Shown: piece by piece, positions 10,130-20,486 of the stretch
How the letters are laid out: every line of letters begins with the position of its first letter
Position numbering within the stretch: the first letter of the stretch is position 1
DNA from: an uncultured Flavobacteriales bacterium
GTDB lineage: Bacteria; Bacteroidota; Bacteroidia; Flavobacteriales_C; GCA-002722245
Reading direction: 5' to 3'
Assembly: GCA_963933885.1 (NCBI GenBank)
Contig: CAWVWF010000003.1
Coordinates: 1 to 60,898 of the forward strand
DNA: 60,898 nucleotides
Notes under the pieces: model-generated
Told to the model about the DNA's origin: nothing
The model's input: the letters and a program-made list of their open reading frames with translations, nothing else
The model's database searches: none
Position numbers and translations under genes: made by a program

Positions 10130-12232
10130 TTAGTCGTTTGCGTTTAAATCAATCTTAACTTTGGCGTAAACACCAAGTTTTATATCCATTCCAAATTTTG
10201 AGTAAAATTTAGCATTGGCACCTCCTGAGGCAGTTGCCATTTCAGAAACTAAGATGATTTTAGTTGCATTCTTAATGTTATCAACCTTAGCTTCAGTTAA
10301 CTCTATATCCTCATAAAAAGTGGTTGCTAAAACCAGGTCTCCATTTGCTGGGTCAATTACACTTGATTTTAAAACTTGAACTGGAGTACTTTTAAGAGAG
10401 TCTAAAATCATGAAATTAGAGTCTACGAAATACGCTTGAACATTTACATCTAATGGAAACTCATTGGTGATTTCTGTTTTAATATTACCAACTAATACAT
10501 TTTTAAATGCTTCTGTAGGAAAATCTAAAGTATCTATTAACTTAAAACCACTTAGACCACCATACAATGGAATTTGAACATCCATCCCAACTGCAAAATA
10601 ACTAGCATCTGTAATGAAGTTATTAAAAGGTGCTACTCCTGGATTAGTAGAACCATTCATTCCAAATATTAATTTTGAAGGGTTAATAGCTAGAATGTCA
10701 TCGATGTTTGTTGTTGTTGTGTTGATGCTAACTGTTGTTTTAACTGAATCACCGAAGTTTCCATAAGCAGGTGCACCGATTGTTATATTCCCTAAACCAG
10801 TTAAGGCTAATGTTTGCTGATCGTTAATTGCGCTGATGTTTGAAAGGTCAGCTCCTAGCTCCATTCCAAAAGAATTCGTAATTGTTAAATCAATTCTAGG
10901 ATCTGCTAAAGTTATTGTTGCATCGAAATCTAATTCACTAAAATCAAAGTCTACAGTATCAGCGTCAAGATTAAAACTTTGTATTCCAAGGTCTCCATCT
11001 AAAAATTCGATTTCTAAATTTGATAAAGTTAAATCTGCAGAAACACCATCAGTAGAAGAGAATGGAACAGGGGTATTTGAAGAAACAATATCAGCAATAA
11101 TTATTGCTACGATAGCATTAGTATCAGTATTATTTGCTGTTAAATCAAATTCATACCCTGCAAGAGGAAAAGATCCGGTAGCCACCGTTGCGGTAACATT
11201 ATTTGAAGTTATAGGAATTACCTTATTGAAAGGCGCTCCTGATCCTGTTAATGTAAGGTATGGCAATGAAAGCGTAAGGTTTGCAGATTCTTTCATACCG
11301 TAATTGATACTGTAATCTATAGAACCAGATTTTAAACGAAGTGTTTTTAAGATCTCTCCATTTGCTAAAGGCATTTTAACTGTAAGGGTATCGTCAAGGA
11401 CTTGTTGACTTGGAAAAACTGCTGTTCCTCCTGAAACTACTAAGCTAGAAGTAGCAACATTTATATTTATTGCATCAGTAAGGTCAATTGGGACTAAATT
11501 AAATATTCCACCACTACCCGGAGACTCTATATTAGTAATGTTTGCTTTTATAGCATTACTCATTGTTTGTCCAGTTAAATCAATCGCATCTGATTGAGCT
11601 GTTCCAGCTGCAATATTTGGATAGTTAACTGTACCAATTAAAGTATTGTTTACAGTGTTTCTTATTTCGATGTTTAAGTTAACTAAATCGATAGGCCAGT
11701 TGTTCGTAACAGTTAAAGTTAATGTCCCTTGAGAAAAATTAACAGTAGTAAACCCTGAGAAAGTTCCTGCTGGATGTTCACCCCCAGATTGAGCTGGTAT
11801 AGGAGGGAATGGCGCAGTACTACCATCAGCACTTTGAATTTGTGTTTTTTCTGGATCAGCAAAACTTGAAACAACACTTCCCATTGTAACACCTATACTT
11901 TGATTGATGTTAGAAATAGTAAAGGGATCCATCGTGAAAGACTGATTGATGTTTTGATCACTAATAGAAAACATATCCGATAAACCCATTCTAAACAGGT
12001 TACTTGAATAGGTTACCCACAGCAAACTATCAGCATCTATAGATAAAATTGAAGAATCGCTTTCTAGGTAATCCTTTACAAGATCATGTAAGGTTAACCT
12101 AGTATTTACAATTGGTGCGGCTACTGCTGGATTGTAGTTTTCTAAACTAATATTGTCCCATTTATAATCATCCTTTAAACAAGATGATACAATTAGAACT
12201 AACGAGGATAAGGCAATTGTAAATTTTTTCAT
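10130..12232 (-). CDS. Hypothetical beta-rich lipoprotein, probable partner of the DUF5723 protein
   Basis: Lipobox LIVSSC, AAPIVNTRLTL motif, two internally similar beta-rich halves, co-oriented directly upstream of the DUF5723 gene. Confidence 0.65.
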   Translation of the reverse strand: MKKFTIALSSLVLIVSSCLKDDYKWDNISLENYNPAVAAPIVNTRLTLHDLVKDYLESDSSILSIDADSLLWVTYSSNLFRMGLSDMFSISDQNINQSFTMDPFTISNINQSIGVTMGSVVSSFADPEKTQIQSADGSTAPFPPIPAQSGGEHPAGTFSGFTTVNFSQGTLTLTVTNNWPIDLVNLNIEIRNTVNNTLIGTVNYPNIAAGTAQSDAIDLTGQTMSNAIKANITNIESPGSGGIFNLVPIDLTDAININVATSSLVVSGGTAVFPSQQVLDDTLTVKMPLANGEILKTLRLKSGSIDYSINYGMKESANLTLSLPYLTLTGSGAPFNKVIPITSNNVTATVATGSFPLAGYEFDLTANNTDTNAIVAIIIADIVSSNTPVPFSSTDGVSADLTLSNLEIEFLDGDLGIQSFNLDADTVDFDFSELDFDATITLADPRIDLTITNSFGMELGADLSNISAINDQQTLALTGLGNITIGAPAYGNFGDSVKTTVSINTTTTNIDDILAINPSKLIFGMNGSTNPGVAPFNNFITDASYFAVGMDVQIPLYGGLSGFKLIDTLDFPTEAFKNVLVGNIKTEITNEFPLDVNVQAYFVDSNFMILDSLKSTPVQVLKSSVIDPANGDLVLATTFYEDIELTEAKVDNIKNATKIILVSEMATASGGANAKFYSKFGMDIKLGVYAKVKIDLNAND

Positions 12233-12344
12233 TTCGATTTCGTTTATGCTTGGCTAATTTTGATCGTACGGATTTGAGTGGCTTAAAGTTATGATGAAAA
12301 AATTCAAACAAAACGTGACACTTCAAATTTATATTTTGACCTAT

Positions 12345-15059
12345 TTATTTAACAATGGAATAGATGTAAACACTTCCCAGTTTATCACCTATTATTAGCT
12401 TTTTGTTCCCATCATTATTCAAATCAGCTACACAAACGGGAGTTACTCCTTCTATGGGAAAATCATTTATTAATACTCCTTTTTCATTAAAAGCAAAACA
12501 CTTTGCTTCTAGTTTATTGGTAATAAATGTCATGCTTTTATTCTCACCTACATTGAAAGATTGAACTCCATAACTTGGCTTAAAGTCAATGTCTGGTATA
12601 TTCGCAATAGGTTGCTTATTCGTTTGAAATGCTTGAATTTTATAATCATCGTGGACAACAAAATCTAATACATTGTCACCATTGAAGTCATTAAAAAAAA
12701 TGTCGTAGTCTTTTGATAAAGATTTGATTGTGAATGTTTCCAACTCATCAGATAATTTTACAAAATGTATTGTTCCAACACTATCTGTCGCTAGAACTCC
12801 TGAGTTAGACAATACATTGTTTTTCCAGATATGGAAATTATTGGCGTTTTTGGGTAATGTTACATTAAGCTGAATCCTATCCTCTCCTTTTCTATTTAGT
12901 ACTCTAATTTTTCCAGATTGATCAGCAGTTATTATGTAATCCTTATTAGCAACCTGTAAAAGTTGAGGTTGAACAGTAATTTCAGCATTCGTTTTAAATT
13001 TCCAACCTTTAATTAGCTTACCGTTCACGTCAAAATTATGAAGGTTTTTACCTTGTGTGAGGAGTATTCTGTAGTTTCTGTTTTTATCATAATCCAAAAC
13101 AGTTAAACCTTGTGTAACTGGAGCTTTTAAAACTACAGGATATCCTTTTACATTTTTTCCATTTCGATCAATTTGATGGAACTTATTTGTTGTTACAAAA
13201 GTGTATTGAAGCTTGTCGTTTTTATATCTATCAACTTGTTTAATATCTCCGATGACTTTTTCATCTAATTGCTTTTCCCAAATTATTTTTCCAATGTTAT
13301 TAATGAGGTAAAGTTTGTTAGCGTTGTCTTGAATAATTATTTCTTTCTCTTTAGTATAGTGATTAGATACAATCCAAGGTTGCAAAGTATAGGATGTGTC
13401 CAATTTACATTCGGTAAGAGATAAGTTTTGTGATTCCTTTTCAGCATTATAGTTTAGGAAAACGTTTGTGTAAAACATTTTTTTCTGATTATTTATCTGA
13501 AGTCCAATTGCACCAAGTTGTTCAATACTGTCTTTCTGAGCTTCGAAAACACCAGCTAATTCTTCATTTAAGAAACCATTCCACAAGTGGCTTCCTTTTT
13601 TGAAATTGTTATAGAAGAAGAAGTTTGACTTATTGTTGAATTGGTTGTAGAAGCCATTGAATTGTACATTTTTCACTAATGTTTTCCCTCTTAAGTAAGA
13701 GTTAATGATGTGTTTTAAATTACTTTCTGAATTGGCAAAAACAACATAATCTTCAAGAATAATATAGTAGGAATTAGTAACCCATTTAAATTGTTGTCCT
13801 AGTGTTAAATCAAAAAAGTTAGTCAAGCCTAAGTTTTTGATTTTGAAATTTTGATAGTCCGTTTCACTTGTGTTTTTTGTGCTGTTATGAATTGATTTTA
13901 AGCTTTCTTTAGTTTTTTGAATGTCTGAAGAACGAATAGCCAAACCGAAACTTTCCTTGTAGTTCTCAGGACTTCCTTCCGTAGAAAACAAACATATTTC
14001 ATTTCCGATCCAACTAAAGAAATCACCTTCAACAGTGAAATTATATTTTTTATTGATGTTTAAAATGTTTTTTTGGTGCTTGTATAAGATTTGCTTTTGG
14101 GCTAAATGTTTTTCAAATTTCGGATAGTAAGAACGAAATGATTGAAAGCTTAAATACAACATCATCCCTGTATTTTCAGGTAAGATAGATGATGCGGACA
14201 ATGGTTGCGCTTCTTCACCAACAAAGGTGTTTAAATAGCTATTAATAGAATCGTTAACCATTGAAAAGCCATTAAGCATCAAACCTTGATTTTTGATGTT
14301 TAAGTCAACTTCTGCCCAAGAACCGAAATTATTAAAGAACTTAATTGGAGAAAAGTTTTTACTTGAGAAGTTTGATATTGACTTTCCAAATTCTGAATAG
14401 TTTACGAAGATGTTTGCGTCTAAACCTTTATCAGAGGTCTTTAGTAGTTTTTTAAACCCAGCACCAGCAGATAAGGATTTACCAGAATTTAATTGTCTAA
14501 CAGATTTTTCAATTAAAATTGAGGAGTTGGTAATCATTAAAACATTTTTGAGAACTGCAAAGCAGACAACTTCTGTTCCTTTTGAATAGCTAGTTATTGT
14601 TGTCTCTTCATATGTTTTGTCTGAAGATTCGTAATTGCCAAATACCTTTTTGAATAATGTATTTGTTTTTTGATAATTAATTTCTTCGTGTGTAATTGTG
14701 AAAAGTAGACTTGTTGTATTTACACCAGAAACATGTCCGGATATAAAGCTGTTTGCGTTGTTTAAGACTGAGGTTATACTTGTTTCAATTTTAGATATTG
14801 AATCAAGTTGATTCATAAATCCAGTAATTGATTTTATGCTTTCAAAACCAGCTAAAGATTGTCCTAATTGAGTGTTGTTCAGATTAGTCCATTTGTTTTT
14901 TGGGTTGTTTACTTTAATAATAAAAGCAGCATTATTAGGAATAGCATCAATTGCAACTGAATAACTTGACGCGTTATTTGTTGTTTCAACCGGTATTAGT
15001 AAATAACCTACTACACCAGTAATAGCTAGTAATATAATAGCAATAATTGCTTTACGCAT
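12345..15059 (-). CDS. DUF3352-domain membrane-anchored protein with C-terminal beta-propeller-like region
   Basis: N-terminal TM, AIDAIPNNAAFII, SWIGNEI and EDYVVFANS motifs. C-terminal propeller blades (QVDRYKNDKLQY, GFP/DFPI, DLNNDGNK). Confidence 0.7.
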   Translation of the reverse strand: MRKAIIAIILLAITGVVGYLLIPVETTNNASSYSVAIDAIPNNAAFIIKVNNPKNKWTNLNNTQLGQSLAGFESIKSITGFMNQLDSISKIETSITSVLNNANSFISGHVSGVNTTSLLFTITHEEINYQKTNTLFKKVFGNYESSDKTYEETTITSYSKGTEVVCFAVLKNVLMITNSSILIEKSVRQLNSGKSLSAGAGFKKLLKTSDKGLDANIFVNYSEFGKSISNFSSKNFSPIKFFNNFGSWAEVDLNIKNQGLMLNGFSMVNDSINSYLNTFVGEEAQPLSASSILPENTGMMLYLSFQSFRSYYPKFEKHLAQKQILYKHQKNILNINKKYNFTVEGDFFSWIGNEICLFSTEGSPENYKESFGLAIRSSDIQKTKESLKSIHNSTKNTSETDYQNFKIKNLGLTNFFDLTLGQQFKWVTNSYYIILEDYVVFANSESNLKHIINSYLRGKTLVKNVQFNGFYNQFNNKSNFFFYNNFKKGSHLWNGFLNEELAGVFEAQKDSIEQLGAIGLQINNQKKMFYTNVFLNYNAEKESQNLSLTECKLDTSYTLQPWIVSNHYTKEKEIIIQDNANKLYLINNIGKIIWEKQLDEKVIGDIKQVDRYKNDKLQYTFVTTNKFHQIDRNGKNVKGYPVVLKAPVTQGLTVLDYDKNRNYRILLTQGKNLHNFDVNGKLIKGWKFKTNAEITVQPQLLQVANKDYIITADQSGKIRVLNRKGEDRIQLNVTLPKNANNFHIWKNNVLSNSGVLATDSVGTIHFVKLSDELETFTIKSLSKDYDIFFNDFNGDNVLDFVVHDDYKIQAFQTNKQPIANIPDIDFKPSYGVQSFNVGENKSMTFITNKLEAKCFAFNEKGVLINDFPIEGVTPVCVADLNNDGNKKLIIGDKLGSVYIYSIVK

Positions 15060-15223
15060 TATAAATCAAATTCGAATTTTACTAATGTATGCTGTAATTG
15101 CGGATTGGTTATATAGAGGTAATGATAGTTTTAAACAAAACTATTGGTATAACTCAAGTTTAGTGTTTGTGCTTAATGTGAATTATTATCAAACGTCTTA
15201 TTGATTTAAAAATTGAAATAAAG

Positions 15224-15231
15224 TAATTTTG
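15224..15231 (+). promoter_or_regulatory. -7 promoter element for idi
   Basis: TAATTTTG about 20 nt upstream of the idi start. Confidence 0.55.
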
Positions 15232-15250
15232 TAGTAACTTTCCATTAGTA

Positions 15251-15769
15251 ATGATGGAAATGGAGTTAATAAAAGTATCAGAATTGGATGAGGTTTTGGG
15301 TGTTGTTTCAAAAGAAGAAGCACACAGAACGGGATGTTTACATCGTGCTATTTCAGTATTAATTTTTAATGAAAATGGAGAATGGTTAATTCAAAAAAGA
15401 GCATCTCAAAAATACCATTCAGCTGAGTTGTGGGCGAACACTTGCTGTAGTCATCCTTTTCCAAATGAAACCAATGTTGATGCGTCAAACAGAAGACTAG
15501 AAGAGGAGGTTGGTATGGTGGCACTTCTTAAAGAGGTGTTTAGTTTTAAATATTATGTTGTTCTTGATAATGATTTGATCGAGCATGAGTTTGATCATGT
15601 TTTCATTGGAATAACTAACTCAACTCCAGTTTTGAATTTGGATGAAGTTTCTGATTGGAAATATGTAACAACTGATTTCTTAAAAAATGACATTGTAAAT
15701 AACTCCAAGGACTATGCAGAATGGTTTAAGTTGATATTTGATGTTGTTTTAGAGAAAAAGCTAGCTTAG
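15251..15769 (+). CDS. idi: Isopentenyl-diphosphate delta-isomerase, type 1 (Nudix fold)
   Basis: AHRTGCLHRAISV, IQKRASQKYH, WANTCCSHP, RRLEEEVG and EHEFDHVF motifs. Confidence 0.95.
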   Translation: MMEMELIKVSELDEVLGVVSKEEAHRTGCLHRAISVLIFNENGEWLIQKRASQKYHSAELWANTCCSHPFPNETNVDASNRRLEEEVGMVALLKEVFSFKYYVVLDNDLIEHEFDHVFIGITNSTPVLNLDEVSDWKYVTTDFLKNDIVNNSKDYAEWFKLIFDVVLEKKLA

Positions 15770-15806
15770 TTTAAAGGTCTATCATTTTTGGCTCGTTATT
15801 TTTTAT

Positions 15807-15814
15807 TATCTTTG
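15807..15814 (+). promoter_or_regulatory. -7 promoter element for tatA
   Basis: TATCTTTG, 19 nt before the tatA ATG. Confidence 0.55.
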
Positions 15815-15833
15815 ATTCGTAAAATTTCAAGTT

Positions 15834-16037
15834 ATGAACAACGCACATATTTTATTAGGAATCATTGGAGCTCCGCAAATAGTTTTAATTGTTTTAGTAG
15901 TAGTCTTACTTTTTGGAGGGAAGAAAATTCCAGAATTAATGAAAGGTTTAGGTAAAGGAATTAAAGAATTTAAGAGTGCTACTGGTGATGAAGAAGAGAC
16001 TACTTCTAAAGGAGAAGTTTCTGAGAAAAAAGACTAG
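15834..16037 (+). CDS. tatA: Twin-arginine translocase TatA/TatE subunit
   Basis: GAPQIVLIVLVVVLLFGGKKIPELMKGLGKGIKEFK. Confidence 0.95.
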   Translation: MNNAHILLGIIGAPQIVLIVLVVVLLFGGKKIPELMKGLGKGIKEFKSATGDEEETTSKGEVSEKKD

Positions 16038-16059
16038 TTTATATTTATAATATTATACG

Positions 16060-16089
16060 AGCCTTTCCAATTTTGGGAAGGCTTTTTTT
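16060..16089 (+). terminator. Intrinsic terminator after tatA
   Basis: AGCCTTTCC-aatttt-GGGAAGGCT followed by a T run. Confidence 0.8.
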
Positions 16090-16460
16090 GTGGTGAAAAA
16101 TTAAAGAACATCAATTATGATTTCTTATCAAAATTCAATTCAAGTTTAGTACTATATCCTTCAGGAATTCCTTGAATATAAAGGTATAAAATGGAATCAT
16201 TTTTAAATTCGATTGAACCTAGGTATGCTTCTGACAAATCTCCGATTTCTGCTAGTTCATCAGCTGTAAATAAGGGTGGCCTTTGTGACTAACAAAATCA
16301 CATTTATAATATTCATAGTTAGGGTTACCCATTTTCATCACAGATAATTTTATATACTACTTTTTCTCGTGCGCATCTGAAGACACGAAACTCAAGGTAA
16401 ACTATGTCTTTCAGTAGACGAACACGAGGAAATGTTTAATAGAATGAATTTTAGTGCGTA

Positions 16461-16510
16461 GTACTTTCTGATTTTTAATCTGAAAGATAAACTGTCCGAT
16501 TTGTAATCGG
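16461..16510. repeat. Dispersed REP-like palindromic repeat, copy 1
   Basis: Core TAAACTGTCCGATTTGTAATCGG (16488-16510) is 21/23 identical to 39652-39674 and contains the hairpin CCGATT-nnn-AATCGG. Confidence 0.55.
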
Positions 16511-16705
16511 AATTTGTAGAAAAAATCTGTAAATACTGATTATAACCTAATGAAACGAACAGATGATTCCCACTTATAAATACAATGTGATTTAAATGGG
16601 TAATCCTATTAATAGTTTAGGACCTAGCTATTTCTTTTATCACAACTGGTTATTGTAATAACTAGAGCTGGAATAATCAGGTTTTCCAGCGTTATTCTGC
16701 TTTTT

Positions 16706-18946
16706 TTAAAATGTTCCAGAATACTGAAAAACAAAGGTCCTTGGAGATTCAGGTAGAGCTGGACGAATAGTATAAGCGTTGTTTACTAGATTCTTTATAA
16801 TCAACTGGAACTTAGTAGATTTTGAAACACTGTATCCTAGATTAAAATCCCACACCCAATCACCATCTTGGTTATCAGCTCTGTATCTTTTTAGACCAGG
16901 AACTATATCAGTACCCGTTAAAGGGTTTGGTGCTTCAAAGATTTGATCAATATTTTGCATGTAACTGTAGAATCTAATGTTTAATCCTGATGACCATTTT
17001 TTATAATTGGTTTGTGTACTGATTTTTGCAATATGTGGAATTCTGTATTTTAAGTATTCATCCTTTTCTTCGTATAATGTGTCCTGAAGATCAACGGTTC
17101 TATCTTCAGGATATATATAGGTATAACCAAAGCTCAGGTTTGTTTGTACTCTACCAATATTCCCGCTTACATTATTGGTGATTTCCACACCTCTAATTCT
17201 TGCGAGTTTTGCATTGATTGATTTAAACCCTAATCCTAGAAACGAATCTGTAAATGGGTCTCCCCATAATCCAAAACTGAACTCCATCATATCTCGATAT
17301 TGCATCCAAAATGTAGCTACATCTACAAATCCGCTTACCTTTTTGTATTTATATGTTTGCCTTATTCCTATTTCAGCAGATTCACCATACTCTGGAAGTA
17401 GTTCTTCATTTGGATAAACCTCTAAAGGAGCTGCGCTAAATCTAATGAACTTTTCAGCCATAGATGGATACCTAAATCCTTGTCCATAGCTTGATCTTAA
17501 ATTTGTTGATTTAGTGATTCTATAATTCAAACCGGCCCTATACACGGTACCATCAACTACGTCAGAAGTGTCTAAAGCGTAAGTTTGGCGTCGAACCCCA
17601 ATAGATAATTTTAAACGATCTAAATCTACATCGGCTTGCAAGTACCCAGCAACTTCATTGCTTTTGTGATTACCAAGTTCGGATATATAGATGTCAGTAT
17701 AACTGTTTACAAGACCACCAGTTAAGTGTAGGTGGTATTTTTTTCCAAAATGGAAGTTATGTTGATATTGAACTTCTGAATAAATCATAGATGCAGAATC
17801 AACCAAGAAGTACTTTCCGTGATAGGTAAACTTTCCTGCTTTTGTTTGATAGGTTAGAAAAGGATCGATAGTATATTGACGATATGTTAAGCGACCTTTT
17901 CTACCAGCAAGTGGTTGGTAAAATCCTGTTGTGTCATCATTCCAAAGTAAAAACTGACCCGCGTCTGAGTATTGCATGTTCGCATTAATTCCGAATATTA
18001 GAGGCTTGATGTTTTTGGGTCTGAATTTAGATCTGAAAGACAATCTGATTTTTTGTTTGTCTCCTCCATCCATAAACCCCTGATCATTAAGCGCGTTTCC
18101 ACTAAATGAAAAATCGTGTGTTTTTATTCTTCTTAAATGGTAGAAACTCAATCCTGAATACCCAGGGTGATTGTTTGCATCTAGATACCAATCATTTTTC
18201 TTTCCATTTGGGTCATCATACCATCCAGTATATAGTCTAACTTTTGTTATAGGTTTATCTTTAGCTTTTGCAGTTCTTATATTAATAACACCATTTAAAG
18301 CCGAAGAGCCATACAATGCCGAAGACGCACCTTTTAAAATTTCAACCTGTTCAATGTCCTCAGTTGGTAAATAATCCCATAGGACGTCTCCAACTCCTGG
18401 CCTCATTACTGGAACATCATCTATTAAAAGAAGCACTCTAGATCCAGCACCATAAGAAAATCCCCCACCACCTCTTATATTGGCTTGTCCGTTAATAATT
18501 GAAACACCTGAACCTTGCTCTATTAATTTATCTAATGTCGTAACATTATTATTCTCAATTAACTCAGCACGTATTACATCCATTGAAACTGTTACATCAC
18601 TTATTTTTTGCTTCATCCTTGAAGCCGAAATAACAACTTGATCAATGCTTTGATCCGCAATTTTTAAAGAAATGTTAAGTTCTGTGTTTTTTTGAACAGA
18701 AATATTATGAACGGAATCTTGAAAACCGAAGGCTGTGAATTTGATATTATGTTTTCCTTTAGAGGCAGTAAACGTATAACTTCCTGAGACATCAGAAGTT
18801 GTTATAAAAGCACTATCTAAGAAGATATTAGAGAGTGGAATTGTTTCATTTGTTGATTCGTCGAACAACTTACCTTTTACTTCATAGTTTTGGGCGGTTG
18901 CGTTGAGAAAAATCACAGAAAGAACAAGTGCAAGTAGTTTTTTCAT
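16706..18946 (-). CDS. TonB-dependent receptor
   Basis: Signal peptide, carboxypeptidase-regulatory-like N-domain, plug (VVISASR, NIRGGGGFSYGAGSRVLLLID, EILKGASSALYGSSALNGVINI), terminal FQYSGTF. Confidence 0.92.
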   Translation of the reverse strand: MKKLLALVLSVIFLNATAQNYEVKGKLFDESTNETIPLSNIFLDSAFITTSDVSGSYTFTASKGKHNIKFTAFGFQDSVHNISVQKNTELNISLKIADQSIDQVVISASRMKQKISDVTVSMDVIRAELIENNNVTTLDKLIEQGSGVSIINGQANIRGGGGFSYGAGSRVLLLIDDVPVMRPGVGDVLWDYLPTEDIEQVEILKGASSALYGSSALNGVINIRTAKAKDKPITKVRLYTGWYDDPNGKKNDWYLDANNHPGYSGLSFYHLRRIKTHDFSFSGNALNDQGFMDGGDKQKIRLSFRSKFRPKNIKPLIFGINANMQYSDAGQFLLWNDDTTGFYQPLAGRKGRLTYRQYTIDPFLTYQTKAGKFTYHGKYFLVDSASMIYSEVQYQHNFHFGKKYHLHLTGGLVNSYTDIYISELGNHKSNEVAGYLQADVDLDRLKLSIGVRRQTYALDTSDVVDGTVYRAGLNYRITKSTNLRSSYGQGFRYPSMAEKFIRFSAAPLEVYPNEELLPEYGESAEIGIRQTYKYKKVSGFVDVATFWMQYRDMMEFSFGLWGDPFTDSFLGLGFKSINAKLARIRGVEITNNVSGNIGRVQTNLSFGYTYIYPEDRTVDLQDTLYEEKDEYLKYRIPHIAKISTQTNYKKWSSGLNIRFYSYMQNIDQIFEAPNPLTGTDIVPGLKRYRADNQDGDWVWDFNLGYSVSKSTKFQLIIKNLVNNAYTIRPALPESPRTFVFQYSGTF

Positions 18947-18989
18947 AAAAATTAGTGTAGCTCAATAAAAATACTAAAATTAAATTGAG

Positions 18990-20105
18990 ATGGAACAAGA
19001 AATTTTGTGCAGGTTGGCTTTGATTCAAATTCCAGGAATTGGTGATTTGTTTGCAAAGCTTTTAACGGAGTATTTCAAAGGAGCAAAACATTTATTCTCT
19101 AGCTCTAGAAAAGAATTAAGTTTAATTCCTGGAGTTGGAACTTACCTGTTAGGAAATCTAACGAGTAAAAAAATTAGAGATGAGGTTTTCTTAAGGGCTT
19201 CACAAGAGTTGAAATTTACAGAAAAACATAGAATAAAAATTATGTTTTACGATGAAGAAGCATATCCAGAAAAACTGAAAGGGCTTGATGATGCGCCTTT
19301 CATCCTTTTTTATAAAGGAACAGATGTTCTTAAAACAAATAAGATATTATCGATTGTTGGAACTCGAAAAGCAACTGGTTATGGTGAGGACGTTACTAAT
19401 AAGATAATTAATGATTTAAAAACAGAAAACATTTTAATTGTAAGTGGTTTAGCATACGGTATTGACACATTTGCACATAAGTTTTCTGTAGAGAAAAATA
19501 TTCCAACAGTTGCTGTTTTAGCACATGGTTTGGATAGGATTTACCCTCACAAAAATAAAAGATTGGCAGAAAAAATGTTAGAAAACGGTGGCTTACTAAC
19601 CGAGTTTTTTTCAGGTACTAATCCAGATCGAGAAAATTTCCCGAAACGTAATCGGATAGTTGCCGGTATTTCTGACGCAACGCTTGTTGTTGAGGCAACT
19701 GTAAAAGGAGGAGCTTTAATAACTGCAAAAATTGCTAATTCATATAGTAGAGATGTGCTAGCTGTACCAGGAAGATCTATCGATTTTTATTCAGAAGGAT
19801 GTAATTGGGTAATCAAAAATCATCAAGCTGCTTTGGTAGAATCTGGAGAAGACATTTTGAAAGCTTTAAATTGGACTCAAGAAGCCGATGTTTTTGAGAA
19901 GCCTCAATTGGATTTATTTGCAGTCTTATCTAATGAAGAAAAAGCCGTTTTAGATATTTTGAAAAATACAGGAACAGCAAATAAGGAACGTTTGGCTATA
20001 CAGTTAAATCAAAAATTATCTGTGTTATCTGGTACGCTATTTAATATGGAAATGAATGGTGTAATAAAGGCTTTACCAGGGAATAACTATCAAATTAAAG
20101 CTTAA
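18990..20105 (+). CDS. dprA: DNA-processing protein DprA
   Basis: SIVGTRKAT, IVSGLAYGIDTFAH, FPKRNRIVAGIS, VVEATVKGGALITA and AVPG motifs. Confidence 0.95.
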   Translation: MEQEILCRLALIQIPGIGDLFAKLLTEYFKGAKHLFSSSRKELSLIPGVGTYLLGNLTSKKIRDEVFLRASQELKFTEKHRIKIMFYDEEAYPEKLKGLDDAPFILFYKGTDVLKTNKILSIVGTRKATGYGEDVTNKIINDLKTENILIVSGLAYGIDTFAHKFSVEKNIPTVAVLAHGLDRIYPHKNKRLAEKMLENGGLLTEFFSGTNPDRENFPKRNRIVAGISDATLVVEATVKGGALITAKIANSYSRDVLAVPGRSIDFYSEGCNWVIKNHQAALVESGEDILKALNWTQEADVFEKPQLDLFAVLSNEEKAVLDILKNTGTANKERLAIQLNQKLSVLSGTLFNMEMNGVIKALPGNNYQIKA

Positions 20106-20111
20106 ACTATA

Positions 20112-20486
20112 ATGGCATTTCATAATCTACTTGGTGAAGAAGGAGAGAAAATAGCTGTTCGTTATTTAAAAAGTAAAGGCTATATTGTATATCACACTAA
20201 TTGGAGATTTGGAAAGTTAGAAATTGATATTATCGCGGAAGACGGCCAAGAATTGGTGTTTATTGAAGTGAAATCTAGAAGCTCTGAAATTTATGGAAGA
20301 CCTGAAGAGGCTGTAGATGACACAAAAGAATTGGCAATTTTAAATGCTGCGGATATTTACGTTAGAAATTTCAATCTGGAAATCGAAGTACGATTTGACA
20401 TTATTTCAGTGATCATAAATAAAAAACAAATTAAGATTAATCATATAATGGATGCTTTCAGTGGAATTGATCAAGCATATTATTAA
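20112..20486 (+). CDS. yraN: YraN-family (UPF0102) nuclease-like protein
   Basis: LGEEGEKIAVRYL, NWRFGKLEIDIIA, LVFIEVKSR and RFDIISV motifs. Confidence 0.92.
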   Translation: MAFHNLLGEEGEKIAVRYLKSKGYIVYHTNWRFGKLEIDIIAEDGQELVFIEVKSRSSEIYGRPEEAVDDTKELAILNAADIYVRNFNLEIEVRFDIISVIINKKQIKINHIMDAFSGIDQAYY

